In this document: positions 1-8,725 of the stretch, piece by piece | Layout: every line of letters starts with the position of its first letter | Numbering within the stretch: position 1 is the first letter of the stretch | Virus record (IMG/VR): IMGVR_UViG_3300035696_000001 | Length of the DNA: 64,000 nucleotides | Source: a virus | Strand: one strand, 5' to 3' | Position numbers and translations under genes: made by a program | The notes under the pieces: model-generated | Seen by the model: the letters and a program-made list of their open reading frames with translations, nothing else | Told to the model about the DNA's origin: nothing | The model's database searches: none

Positions 1-1044
1 GACGTTGACGTTCAGGACAGGCTCGGCTGGCGACCCTCCTGTGCCGACCGTGGAAGCGAGGGCGGCGAGGGAGGATTCTGCGGCTGCGTCTTTGACGATC
101 CAAGGCGTCGTGCCTTGGGTGACCTCGAACTCCGATGGGAAATTGCTTACGCTGACGGTGGGCGCGTTCTCGATGTTTACGCCGACGTTCCCGCTTCCGT
201 CTTGGTTCAGGTTGTTCGAGAAGACGCCGCCCGAGGCAATCTGCGTGATCCAAGGCGAGGTGGACTGAGTAACAGCCACGGTTCCGGTCACCATGACAGT
301 GTTCGTCACGTCCACCAGCAGGTTGTACAATGCGTCAAGGCGAAGGTTTTGTAATAGGTTGCTGGGGTCTTGGGCACCGACGAGCACGGGCTGTATTGGC
401 CCGCCCGAAAATCCTGTGAGAACACTTGTGCCGGGGACGGAGACGCCCTGAACGAACGGGTCTGCCCACACAGCACTCGCGTTGCCCGGCTGCGAGATGA
501 GAAGCTGACCAGGGTGTGCTGGGGCGCTGATGTTCGTGGCAACCGGGGTGCATGTGCTGGTCGCAAGCTCGGTCGCCTCGATGACGCCGGAGCCGGGGCA
601 GGCAACGGTGAGCGTCGTGCCATCGCCGACAACGAAGCTCTGCCCGGTGCTGGTGCCGGAAATGATCTCGCTGAATGGCACTGACACAATGCCGGAGGTT
701 GCGTAATAGGCGCTGATGTTGCCGCTTGGGTCGTACTGCCAGATGACATTCGTGTATCCGGCAGGCGCGGCGGGCGTCGTGCTGTTGAAGTCCGGGCTGT
801 CGGGGCCGAACGGAACCGCGTTGCCATTGACGTAGACTGGCAGGTTGGACGGCGGGCTAGGCGGCAGAAGGCATGGATCGATGGTGCCTCCAGCCCCGGT
901 CATTACGATGGAGCCAGGCGGCGCGGGGCAGCCGGACGCTATATTCGCCCGCCACTCTGTCCAAGCGATTTGGTCGGGCTTGTCTCTTCGGTTGATGATG
1001 ACCGATTTTTGAAGCGCATCGAGGATGGGGTTCTCAGTGGACAT
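1..1044 (-). CDS. Structural / tail-fibre-like protein, 3'-partial (C-terminus beyond window edge)
   Basis: ATG at 1044..1042 on the minus strand opens a frame of 348 codons with no stop to position 1 (all triplets checked by hand). Absent from the ORF track, presumably because there is no stop in the window. Protein is G/S/T/N/V-rich (MSTENPILDALQKS...GTSTGQSFVVGDGTTLTVACPGSG...). The overlapping +306..827/370..684 ORFs are R/P/A-rich wrong-frame artefacts. Confidence 0.5.
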   Translation of the reverse strand, partial: MSTENPILDALQKSVIINRRDKPDQIAWTEWRANIASGCPAPPGSIVMTGAGGTIDPCLLPPSPPSNLPVYVNGNAVPFGPDSPDFNSTTPAAPAGYTNVIWQYDPSGNISAYYATSGIVSVPFSEIISGTSTGQSFVVGDGTTLTVACPGSGVIEATELATSTCTPVATNISAPAHPGQLLISQPGNASAVWADPFVQGVSVPGTSVLTGFSGGPIQPVLVGAQDPSNLLQNLRLDALYNLLVDVTNTVMVTGTVAVTQSTSPWITQIASGGVFSNNLNQDGSGNVGVNIENAPTVSVSNFPSEFEVTQGTTPWIVKDAAAESSLAALASTVGTGGSPAEPVLNVNV

Positions 1045-1045
1045 G

Positions 1046-1558
1046 TCAGTAGAAAAGCTGCTCCATATCCCAGAGGAATTGGGCGGCGACTGGACCTTGG
1101 AGCTTGCGTGGCTGCTGGGTCGTAGCTAAGGTGGACTCGGCGTAGTAAAGGTCGCACATGCGGTGCGTCGTGTCGATGACCTGCGCCCCGGCAGGCTCGG
1201 CGGTCAAGCCGTAGTCAGCGTTCGTGAAGTTCGCAGCGAACGATGTCGGCGTTGTGCTCGTGATCGTCAACAATTGCCCGTTAAGGAACGTGGAGTTGGT
1301 CAATCCGCTGAGGATGACAATCTGACCGGGACGCATCTGCCCGGTCGTGGTGACCGTCGCTGTAACGACGTTGCTGGTTACCTGCGTGGCGCTGACGCTG
1401 GCTAGGACGACTGCTGCATTTGCTTCGATGTACTGGATACCGTTGACTTCAACAATCGTCTCTTTTGAAACAGGATCGACGGTGGGATCAGGCCGGAAAA
1501 TCCACCATGCAGAATGGATCGTACTGTTAGCTTGAAATCCTGATTGTGGGTTAGCCAT
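1046..1558 (-). CDS. Hypothetical virion-associated protein (T/S/V-rich)
   Basis: Start is at the internal Met MANPQSG, with AAGGAG 7 nt upstream. The first Met of the ORF-track entry would overlap the upstream HNH gene. Confidence 0.5.
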   Translation of the reverse strand: MANPQSGFQANSTIHSAWWIFRPDPTVDPVSKETIVEVNGIQYIEANAAVVLASVSATQVTSNVVTATVTTTGQMRPGQIVILSGLTNSTFLNGQLLTITSTTPTSFAANFTNADYGLTAEPAGAQVIDTTHRMCDLYYAESTLATTQQPRKLQGPVAAQFLWDMEQLFY

Positions 1559-2336
1559 TTTGCACTCCTTGGCATAAACCACAATCGGGATTGATGACGG
1601 TTCGATTCACATGCCAACGTGCGTGGTTCCCACTGCGTCCACCTTTAGCACGAGATTCGGGGGTGGTAACTTTACGGAGTTGACCACTTTCCACCGCCCT
1701 GCGCCCTAGCTCAGCAGCCCAGCCGGACTCTTTGTTTTTTTGTCCTGCTATGGCAGATGCGTGTTTAAGATGACCATTTTCAACGGCTTTTTTACCCGCC
1801 GCTTTCCCGCCTTTAACGCAAACGTCAATGGTACGTATCCTATCCAAGTGACCGCTTTGGGCGTTCTTCAGTCCTTGAATACGGTTAACCTCTGGGTCCG
1901 GTCTGACACGATCCAAATGTCCATTTTTTATGTTTATTCTGCCTTGCGTAACTCCGAGGGCTACAGCATGGACTTTCTGTACAGCTCTTCCTCTTTCATA
2001 GACCTCAGCGTAAGAAGACACTTCTTCCGGCGTCAGTAGTTTGGCGGCTTTGCGGGGGGCGCTCATCAAGAAGAATGTCCTTTGAAATGAAAGACATTCC
2101 GGGGCGCACAAGGCGAGCCAGTAGTGCGCCCGCAGATGGTCGCCAACGGACAGGTAGATCAAGTTGTCGGGGTTTTTAACGTGTCCGGGAAACTCTCTCT
2201 TAGGGAGTATATGGTGGCGTTCTGAGTCTTTTTGATCACGTACAGGTCGGGATTCGATGAAGGCGAAATAAGGGACAAAGTCTGCGCCCGGAATCCGGTC
2301 GGACAAATCCCTGCGCAAGGTGTCGTTGGTGACCAC
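1551..2336 (-). CDS. HNH homing endonuclease with NUMOD-like repeats
   Basis: N-terminal HNH motif HHILPK..NLIYLSVGDHLRAH. Three repeated NGHLDR/SGHLDR/NGHLKH NUMOD3-like DNA-binding repeats. Confidence 0.7.
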   Translation of the reverse strand: MVTNDTLRRDLSDRIPGADFVPYFAFIESRPVRDQKDSERHHILPKREFPGHVKNPDNLIYLSVGDHLRAHYWLALCAPECLSFQRTFFLMSAPRKAAKLLTPEEVSSYAEVYERGRAVQKVHAVALGVTQGRINIKNGHLDRVRPDPEVNRIQGLKNAQSGHLDRIRTIDVCVKGGKAAGKKAVENGHLKHASAIAGQKNKESGWAAELGRRAVESGQLRKVTTPESRAKGGRSGNHARWHVNRTVINPDCGLCQGVQNG

Positions 2337-2407
2337 TTCGTCTATTCCTATCGGTGCCGACCTTGAGATTGGGGTCAGCCCTAATAAAGCACAGGAAAGA
2401 CGGAAAT

Positions 2408-3160
2408 TTACAGCAGCAGTCCTGCTTCTTTCGCCCGCGTGCAGTCGAGGGAGATGAAGTCCACCTCGCCGTTGCGCTTCGGTCTGATTTCTGCTGGGAC
2501 GCCGCGCTTTTTGCTATATTCCTCGGCAAGCTCCCTGATGCCGGTCTCGATGCCCGAGCCGATGTTGTACGTCCCGTTTGGTGCGTCCAAGGCGCGGACG
2601 ATTGCCTTGCACACCGTGTCCACATGCACGAAGTCGCGGGTCTGATCGCCGCCGTAGATTGTTATGGGGCTGTCGTTCTCGAAGTGGTTATGGACGGCTG
2701 CTTCGCCGCGCATGCCGCAGTCGCCGCCGTAAACGTTCGCCAGCCGCAGGATCACGTAATTCGCATGGAGGTATTGGACGATCAATTCCGCCTGGAGTTT
2801 GCTGCGCGTGTAAGGCGACCGGCAGTTGGCGAAGTCTGCGTCCTGCTCCCCTGCCATTCGCCGGTTGCCGTACAAGCCCCCGGTTGAGATGAACACGAGC
2901 CTGCCGATCTTGTTGCCTTGGAGGAAGTCCCACAGACCGGCTGCGTTGTTCTGGTAGTACTCCTCCGGCTTTTCGAACGACCCCATGACGCTGACGAGCG
3001 CGGCAAGGTGAATGACGGAAGAGAAGCTTCTGCCTTTGATGTCGCGGTAGTCCTCCCCGCGCTTTAGGTCGCAGCCTTCCCAGCCGGGCAACAGCCTCTT
3101 CAGGTGGGTGCCGATGTACCCGGCGTCGCCGATGATGATGAGGCTTCCCGGCATATACAA
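2408..3160 (-). CDS. NAD-dependent epimerase/dehydratase (short SDR-type nucleotide-sugar enzyme)
   Basis: Rossmann motif GDAGYIGTHL and catalytic YTRSK. Paralog of 10849..11658. Confidence 0.65.
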   Translation of the reverse strand: MYMPGSLIIIGDAGYIGTHLKRLLPGWEGCDLKRGEDYRDIKGRSFSSVIHLAALVSVMGSFEKPEEYYQNNAAGLWDFLQGNKIGRLVFISTGGLYGNRRMAGEQDADFANCRSPYTRSKLQAELIVQYLHANYVILRLANVYGGDCGMRGEAAVHNHFENDSPITIYGGDQTRDFVHVDTVCKAIVRALDAPNGTYNIGSGIETGIRELAEEYSKKRGVPAEIRPKRNGEVDFISLDCTRAKEAGLLL

Positions 3161-3217
3161 TAATCGTTCGCATAGACGGGAAACCTAAGCGCGAAAACCG
3201 TGCATTTGTGGGAAACA

Positions 3218-3844
3218 TTACTGACACAGAACTTGTAATTCCTGAAGAGTCTTTGCCTTTCCGGTATTGGGGTGAAAGGCATCGCCCGTGCAATCACAAA
3301 CCGCGACTGCCGAGCGATAATCAGGCTCGCGCCATCCGGGTACCCGAAGAGTATAACGCCTGTCCCAGTAGGGCATGATGCCATGCGTGTGGAGCACGCC
3401 GCCGACCCAGCGGTCTTCTGCCCATTCATTGGGCGGAATGGGGGCTTCGGCAAGAATTCTCATGCAGCGCTCATCGACCCAGTAACAAAACCCTGAACAC
3501 CATGGCTTGGGCGGGGTTGCGTTGATGAAACCTGCGTACGGCTGCGGCGGGATGGCGGACATGATGCGGTTGGCTGCGATGAAGGTGTCGTCGTCAAGCT
3601 TCATAACTTTCTGGTAACCGTTCGCCAGCGCCCACTGAAACATCAGCTTGACCTTGAGGGGAAGCGAGTGGTAGTCGTCAGGGGCATCAAGAAAGACTTC
3701 GTCGGGCAGCGGCTCCCGATCCTGCTTGGCAAGGAAGAACTTCACGTCCGCGCCTTGGATGCGGGGCACCCACGACGCCCGCTGGGCGTCAGCGCGTTCC
3801 TTGAGCCTTTCGCAGGTCACGACGGCAATTAGGATTTTCGGCAT
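3218..3844 (-). CDS. Fringe-like (GT31-type) glycosyltransferase
   Basis: LIAVVTCERL..ASW N-terminal pattern and DDDTF DxD motif. Paralogous to 16950..18930 trio. Confidence 0.55.
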   Translation of the reverse strand: MPKILIAVVTCERLKERADAQRASWVPRIQGADVKFFLAKQDREPLPDEVFLDAPDDYHSLPLKVKLMFQWALANGYQKVMKLDDDTFIAANRIMSAIPPQPYAGFINATPPKPWCSGFCYWVDERCMRILAEAPIPPNEWAEDRWVGGVLHTHGIMPYWDRRYTLRVPGWREPDYRSAVAVCDCTGDAFHPNTGKAKTLQELQVLCQ

Positions 3845-4803
3845 ACCTGCTCAGCAATCCATCTGTAGGTCGGCACCAAGCCGTCTGCCAAGAGCGTTGC
3901 CGGTTCCCACCCGAGGATTTCACGCAGCCTGCTGTTGTCGCTGTTGCGACCGCGAACACCTTGGGGCTTGCTGAGGTCGTGTACCTTGGTCAGGGTTTTC
4001 CCCGCGATGCCGCTCACGATGTCTACCAGTCCGTCCACGGTCACGAGTTCTTCCGTGCCGAGGTTCAAAGGTTTAGTATATCCAGACGCCATCAGGCGGA
4101 TCAGACCCTCGACGCAGTCGTCGATCCACATGTAGCTGCGGGTCGCCTTCCCGTCGCCCCAGACCTCGATTTCTCCGCCGTCTTGAGCAAGCGCGACCTT
4201 GCGACAGATGGCCGCTGGCGATTTTTCTTTGCCGCCGTCGTAGGTTCCAAGCGGACCGTAAACGTTGTGGAAGCGCACTATGCGGATGTCCAAGCCGTAG
4301 TCCCTCTGGTAGTACTCGCACATCTGCTCGGCGAAGAGTTTCTCCCAGCCGTAACCTGGTTCCGGCAATGCTGGGTAAGCGTCCTCCTCCTTCAACGGCA
4401 CCACGTTGGTGTCGCGCTGTTTGTCTTGGTTGTACACGCATGCCGAGGACGTGTAGAGGTACCTCTTTACGCCCCAGTCTTTGGCGGCTTCCAGCATGTT
4501 GACATTGATGAGGATGTTGTTGCGGGCGATGTCGGCGAGGTATCGTGTGATGTAGCCGATGCCGCCCATGTCCGCCGCAAGGTTGTAGACCTCGTCAAAG
4601 TCCCGGACGCCGTAAGGCACGCAGTTGAAAACGGCGCTTGCGGCGTGGCGCAGGTCGTGGATCACGAACTCGTCTGCGGCGCTCCCTTCGTACTCGGGGT
4701 ACTTGATGTCGATGGCACGCACGAAATGACCGTCGCGCTTCAGCCGCTTGACGAGATGATGCCCGATGAACCCGCCTGCCCCAGTTACAAGGATTTTGCT
4801 CAT
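3829..4803 (-). CDS. Nucleotide-heptose epimerase, HldD/RfaD-like extended SDR
   Basis: VTGAGGFIGHHL. YGWEKLFAEQ matches HldD YGYSKFLFDE and VRFHNVYGP matches HldD FRYFNVYGP. Context is the heptose pathway genes. Confidence 0.6.
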   Translation of the reverse strand: MSKILVTGAGGFIGHHLVKRLKRDGHFVRAIDIKYPEYEGSAADEFVIHDLRHAASAVFNCVPYGVRDFDEVYNLAADMGGIGYITRYLADIARNNILINVNMLEAAKDWGVKRYLYTSSACVYNQDKQRDTNVVPLKEEDAYPALPEPGYGWEKLFAEQMCEYYQRDYGLDIRIVRFHNVYGPLGTYDGGKEKSPAAICRKVALAQDGGEIEVWGDGKATRSYMWIDDCVEGLIRLMASGYTKPLNLGTEELVTVDGLVDIVSGIAGKTLTKVHDLSKPQGVRGRNSDNSRLREILGWEPATLLADGLVPTYRWIAEQVCRKS

Positions 4804-4808
4804 TTCAT

Positions 4809-5489
4809 TTACCTCCTGCCTTTGAATACCCCAGAGTAGCAGCGGCCGATGGCGATGCCCTCATCGGAGCCTTCTACGCACCGCACTCCCCCATAAAACT
4901 CTTTGATTTCTTCTACTTTACCGACCCCCCCAAGCCACTTGTTTAAGAGTGCTTCTGTCTGAATGTGTGAGTGTCCGGGAGAAATCTCGGTGTCGATCCA
5001 GTCGAAGAAACGAACGAGCTTTCCCGATTCGAGTGCGTTGGCGACTATTTTCTCGGGGTTTTCCGTGTGTTCCAAGACATTGTAGACCCAAACTTCATCC
5101 ACATCGAATCCCGAGACATCCTCGCCCTTGAGACGGCGATATTCAATACCAGCGATTGCGTAGCGTTCGACGATCCAGTCGGGAAAGGGCAATGGGTCGG
5201 CTAGGGTACCGCGAACATTCCTGCACTTCAACAGCAGGGAAGTCCCGCCGCCGCCAATATCTAGCACAGACCTGCCGCCAAGGTTGAAGATCGGGTACGG
5301 CGTCCCGTTTTTGAATACGCCTTTTTTGCTTCCCCAAGTCGGCTTGTAATCTGCTTTGTCCGCGTCCCACTCAGCAAAAGAGAAGAGTCCCATGCGTTTT
5401 GCGTACACAAGCTGTTTCATCTCCTCGCCCTCGGTCTCGCCGTGCCCCCACCCGCCGAGTTCCTCAACCTGATCTTCTTCCCAACTCAT
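4809..5489 (-). CDS. Class I SAM-dependent methyltransferase
   Basis: Motif I VLDIGGGGTSLL; acidic post-II motif. Confidence 0.5.
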   Translation of the reverse strand: MSWEEDQVEELGGWGHGETEGEEMKQLVYAKRMGLFSFAEWDADKADYKPTWGSKKGVFKNGTPYPIFNLGGRSVLDIGGGGTSLLLKCRNVRGTLADPLPFPDWIVERYAIAGIEYRRLKGEDVSGFDVDEVWVYNVLEHTENPEKIVANALESGKLVRFFDWIDTEISPGHSHIQTEALLNKWLGGVGKVEEIKEFYGGVRCVEGSDEGIAIGRCYSGVFKGRR

Positions 5490-5492
5490 GGT

Positions 5493-6161
5493 CTATTTCT
5501 CCCTGGTCAAGGGGACTCGTCTTAGTAAACCGCCCTCTGGCTGTATTTCATCATTGCTCCAGTCGTCGTAGACGGCGCTTACCAAACGACCGCTTAAGTG
5601 TCTTGAGGCGTCCGAGGCGAGGAACTCTACCAGCTTCACCGCCGGCCCCGGAACACCGTCGGATTCCGGGTTCATCTTGCTCCTCACAGACCCCGGAGCG
5701 ACGGCGTTAATCTGTATGTTGAAGTCTTTGAATTCGTCAGCCACGCACTCTACAAACCGGACTAGACCGGCTTTGGAAGCTGCATAGGCGGAATACTGAG
5801 GCCTGCCGTATGCTGCCCCGCCGCCCGAAAAATGGATGATTTTTCCGTAATTCTTGCCGACCATGCCGGGGAGAACGGCTTTGGTGAGATGAAAAGCGCC
5901 CACCAGATTTACGTTGATCGCTTGCACCCAGTGATCGGCGGGGTTAGATGTGACCGTCCCCACGGGGCCGAGCACTCCCGTGCAGTTTATGAGAATGTCG
6001 GGCTGGAAACGCGAAGCCGCCTGTTCGACATCCCCCAAGCTGGTGACGTCCACCCGATCTTGGTAAACTGTTGCTCCGCCATCCAGCATCCTCTGGGCTA
6101 CAGCGCTGCCGATCACCCCGGATGCGCCCGCCACCCAAACTTTCTTGCCAGTGAATAGCAT
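5493..6161 (-). CDS. Short-chain dehydrogenase/reductase (SDR)
   Basis: VAGASGVIGSAVA N-terminus and YAASKAG catalytic YxxxK. Confidence 0.7.
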   Translation of the reverse strand: MLFTGKKVWVAGASGVIGSAVAQRMLDGGATVYQDRVDVTSLGDVEQAASRFQPDILINCTGVLGPVGTVTSNPADHWVQAINVNLVGAFHLTKAVLPGMVGKNYGKIIHFSGGGAAYGRPQYSAYAASKAGLVRFVECVADEFKDFNIQINAVAPGSVRSKMNPESDGVPGPAVKLVEFLASDASRHLSGRLVSAVYDDWSNDEIQPEGGLLRRVPLTREK

Positions 6162-6162
6162 G

Positions 6163-7143
6163 CTACACCTCTACCCACACTTTTGCCGCTGCGCTGGCGT
6201 ACGCCGCCTCTATCAGTCGCTGCGCTTGCAGCCCGTCATGGCTGTTGCTTTGCAAGACGTTTCCCATGATCTCGTTTTCGAAGGCGGCCCAGTCTATTTC
6301 CCAGTGAGCCAGACTGTTTTCAAATGTTTGCGTGACCTCTGTGGGTCGGCTGTGATCCGGCAGCCGGTGCCCCGCAGTTAGTTTTTGGGGGCCGTAGAAC
6401 CCGTCGCGCCCCTCCAGTCTCAGGTAACCGTCGGTCCCAAAGATTTCCAACTCAAAGATGCTCATCCATTGGGTCCAGCTAACGTGAATCTGCGCCATCC
6501 CCTGCTGGGTTTCTAAGAGAAGAAACGCGTTGTCTTCGGTGTTAGAGAATTTGTGGAAGCAGCAATCCGTCCTCGCTAGCACTTTTCGGGGTTCGCCGAA
6601 AAGGTATCGAACTAAGTCCAGCACATGAATGGCTTGTTCAATCAAGACGCCCCCGCCGCTGAACTCTTTTTGGGTACACCAATCCTTCTCGTAGCCGGGG
6701 TGCCCGCCGTGCCCGTAGCGGCACCTGACGAACATGGGGCGTCCTATGTCACCCCTGTCAAGGCGGGCTTTGGCTGCTCGAACATGCGACATGTGCCGGT
6801 AGTTGAATCCGACGTGTAGCATGCGACTATTCTCTTTGGCGCAGGCGCACATGTCTAGGGCCTCTGAAAGATTCAGACCAAGCGGCTTCTCGCACAGGAC
6901 ATGCTTGCCCTTTTTAAGGGCTTCCATGGCTAGCTCAGCGTGGTACTTCGTGGGCGTGGCGATCACGACGGCGTCGATGTCTTTTCGTGAGAGAATTGAT
7001 TCCTTGGTGTCCGCCAAGTCGGGAGATACCTTGCCGTGGGTGGGGTCATGCGCAGCGACAAGCACAGACCGCTCCGAGTTTTTGATCGCCTCGGCGCGGA
7101 ACTGTCCCGCTCGACCCATCCCGAATATAGCTACGTTGATCAT
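6163..7143 (-). CDS. Gfo/Idh/MocA-family NAD(P) oxidoreductase
   Basis: Start at the internal Met MINVAIFGMGRAGQ, giving an ATGA overlap with the upstream gene. EKPL motif. Typical sugar oxidoreductase. Confidence 0.7.
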   Translation of the reverse strand: MINVAIFGMGRAGQFRAEAIKNSERSVLVAAHDPTHGKVSPDLADTKESILSRKDIDAVVIATPTKYHAELAMEALKKGKHVLCEKPLGLNLSEALDMCACAKENSRMLHVGFNYRHMSHVRAAKARLDRGDIGRPMFVRCRYGHGGHPGYEKDWCTQKEFSGGGVLIEQAIHVLDLVRYLFGEPRKVLARTDCCFHKFSNTEDNAFLLLETQQGMAQIHVSWTQWMSIFELEIFGTDGYLRLEGRDGFYGPQKLTAGHRLPDHSRPTEVTQTFENSLAHWEIDWAAFENEIMGNVLQSNSHDGLQAQRLIEAAYASAAAKVWVEV

Positions 7144-8012
7144 TGGCTGGTTTCCCGGATTTTGTCTACGAGTTCCACAGCGTCCAAAAGAGGGGTCTTG
7201 CAGCCGTACCGACGCCCCAATTCCTGGAGGACGTGCAGGTCTCTTATCAAGTGCCCGCCCGAAAGCCCCCAACCGGGGTTCACGTACGACTTTCCCCCCA
7301 CTCTGCTATCCGCTTTGGTGGCCCGAGCTACGTCCATCTCGTCGGCACCCACCTTTTTACATAGGTTTGCTATCTCGTTGGCGAAGCTGATCTGCGTCGC
7401 CAGCATGGTGTTGTGGGCGTGCTTGGCCATCTCAGCGGATCGCAGGCCCATTTGCAGAACGGGACGACCCAACGGCCGGTACAGGCTGACGACGCGCTCC
7501 AAGACTGCGGGGTCGTCCGCCCCTATGATAATCCGGTCTGCGTACAGAAAATTGGACACCGATTGGCCGGGCCGCAAAAGCTCTGGAACGTAAGCCACCA
7601 TTCCGCTTGTCAAACTCTCTGTCGTGCCCACGGGCACCTGAGAAGTTACGCACAGGATGCTGCCTGCGGATCGCAGTTCTTCTATCTTGGAGGCTGTGAC
7701 TAATGTGGATTCCAGCAGCAGCCCCTTCTCGTTAAACGGTAGGTCAATCGAAAGAAACACAAAGTCAGCCTCAGAGACGGCCTCGTTGTCTGTGGTGAAT
7801 CGAAGGCGGCGGAGAAGCAAGTTGTTGCGAAGCAGGGTCTCCAACCCCGGCTCGGGGATAGCGCCGGAATAATGCCCCGAATTCAACGCAGCAACGCAAC
7901 CGGCATCTCCGTCAATGGCCACGACCTGATAGCCTATCTCAGAGAAGCAAGCCGCTTGAACCACGCCCTGATGCTGCAAGCCTACGATGCAAATTTTGGG
8001 GGCGTCGCTCAT
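7140..8012 (-). CDS. UDP-glucose/GDP-mannose dehydrogenase-family protein, C-terminally truncated
   Basis: N-terminal NAD domain and central domain (RSAEMAKHAHNTMLATQISFANEIANLCKKVGAD, GWGLSGGHL). Only 290 aa, so the C-terminal UDP-binding domain is absent. Confidence 0.55.
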   Translation of the reverse strand: MSDAPKICIVGLQHQGVVQAACFSEIGYQVVAIDGDAGCVAALNSGHYSGAIPEPGLETLLRNNLLLRRLRFTTDNEAVSEADFVFLSIDLPFNEKGLLLESTLVTASKIEELRSAGSILCVTSQVPVGTTESLTSGMVAYVPELLRPGQSVSNFLYADRIIIGADDPAVLERVVSLYRPLGRPVLQMGLRSAEMAKHAHNTMLATQISFANEIANLCKKVGADEMDVARATKADSRVGGKSYVNPGWGLSGGHLIRDLHVLQELGRRYGCKTPLLDAVELVDKIRETSQ

Positions 8013-8725
8013 AGTTTGTACCCAGACTCCTGTGCGTCGCGGTAAAACATCCGCACGGTCTCAAGGGAGTATTCGTCGAGGTCTTTGCCCACAAGCGGGA
8101 GCTTTTTCAGGATGTCGGTCGTCGCCGTGATGATGTGGCATCCGACCGCGTCGGCTTGGAATACGTTCAGGAGTTCTCGCGGGGACGCCCAAAGGAGTTC
8201 GGCGTTGGGCGCGACGGAGTTGATGCGTCGCACCGCCTCCGCCATCTCTGGCACGGGGTCGCGCCCGGTGTCTGCGATGCGCCCCGCGAAAACGGAGATG
8301 TAGGCTGGAGCGCCGCCCGTCAGTGCGTCGCAGCACTGATCGACCTGCTCCAAGGTCATGAGAGCGGTCACGTTGACCTTGATGCCGTCGTGGGACAACT
8401 TGTCTACCAAACCGTAGGATTCGACGCCACGAGTATCGGTAACGGGGATTTTGACATAGACATTGCCTCCCCATGAAGCGATCTTGAGCGCCTGTGCTTG
8501 CATCGAGGCGTAATCGTCCGCGAGTACTTCGAAAGAGACGGGACGATCCGGCACGGATTCCAGTAGGTCTTTCGCGAAGGCTTCGTAATCCTTGATGCCA
8601 GCCTTGCGCATCAAGGTAGGATTTGTCGTGAAACCTTTAATGACGGGGTTCTTGTAAAGCTCCAGAATCGTAGCCTTGTCGGCACCGTCGCCGAAGATTT
8701 TCACTTTCAAATCGGTTACGTTCAC
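8009..8725 (-). CDS. tal: Transaldolase / fructose-6-phosphate aldolase family
   Basis: GFTTNPTL signature and ISVFAGRI. Start assigned to the GTG at 8725, in a GTGA overlap with the upstream stop. The ORF-track 5' extension is Arg-rich junk. Confidence 0.75.
   Translation of the reverse strand: MNVTDLKVKIFGDGADKATILELYKNPVIKGFTTNPTLMRKAGIKDYEAFAKDLLESVPDRPVSFEVLADDYASMQAQALKIASWGGNVYVKIPVTDTRGVESYGLVDKLSHDGIKVNVTALMTLEQVDQCCDALTGGAPAYISVFAGRIADTGRDPVPEMAEAVRRINSVAPNAELLWASPRELLNVFQADAVGCHIITATTDILKKLPLVGKDLDEYSLETVRMFYRDAQESGYKL

Noticed and set aside
306-827. 173-aa minus ORF, together with 335..553(-), 370..684(+) and 939..1157(-)
   Set aside because: These are wrong frames of the real 348-codon minus-strand gene 1..1044. 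They have Arg/Pro/Ala-rich low-complexity composition.
2688-3293. 201-aa Arg-rich minus ORF, and similar ones at 8969..9574, 11093..11551 and 4073..4441
   Set aside because: Spurious overlaps with motif-bearing genes. Composition is non-protein-like.
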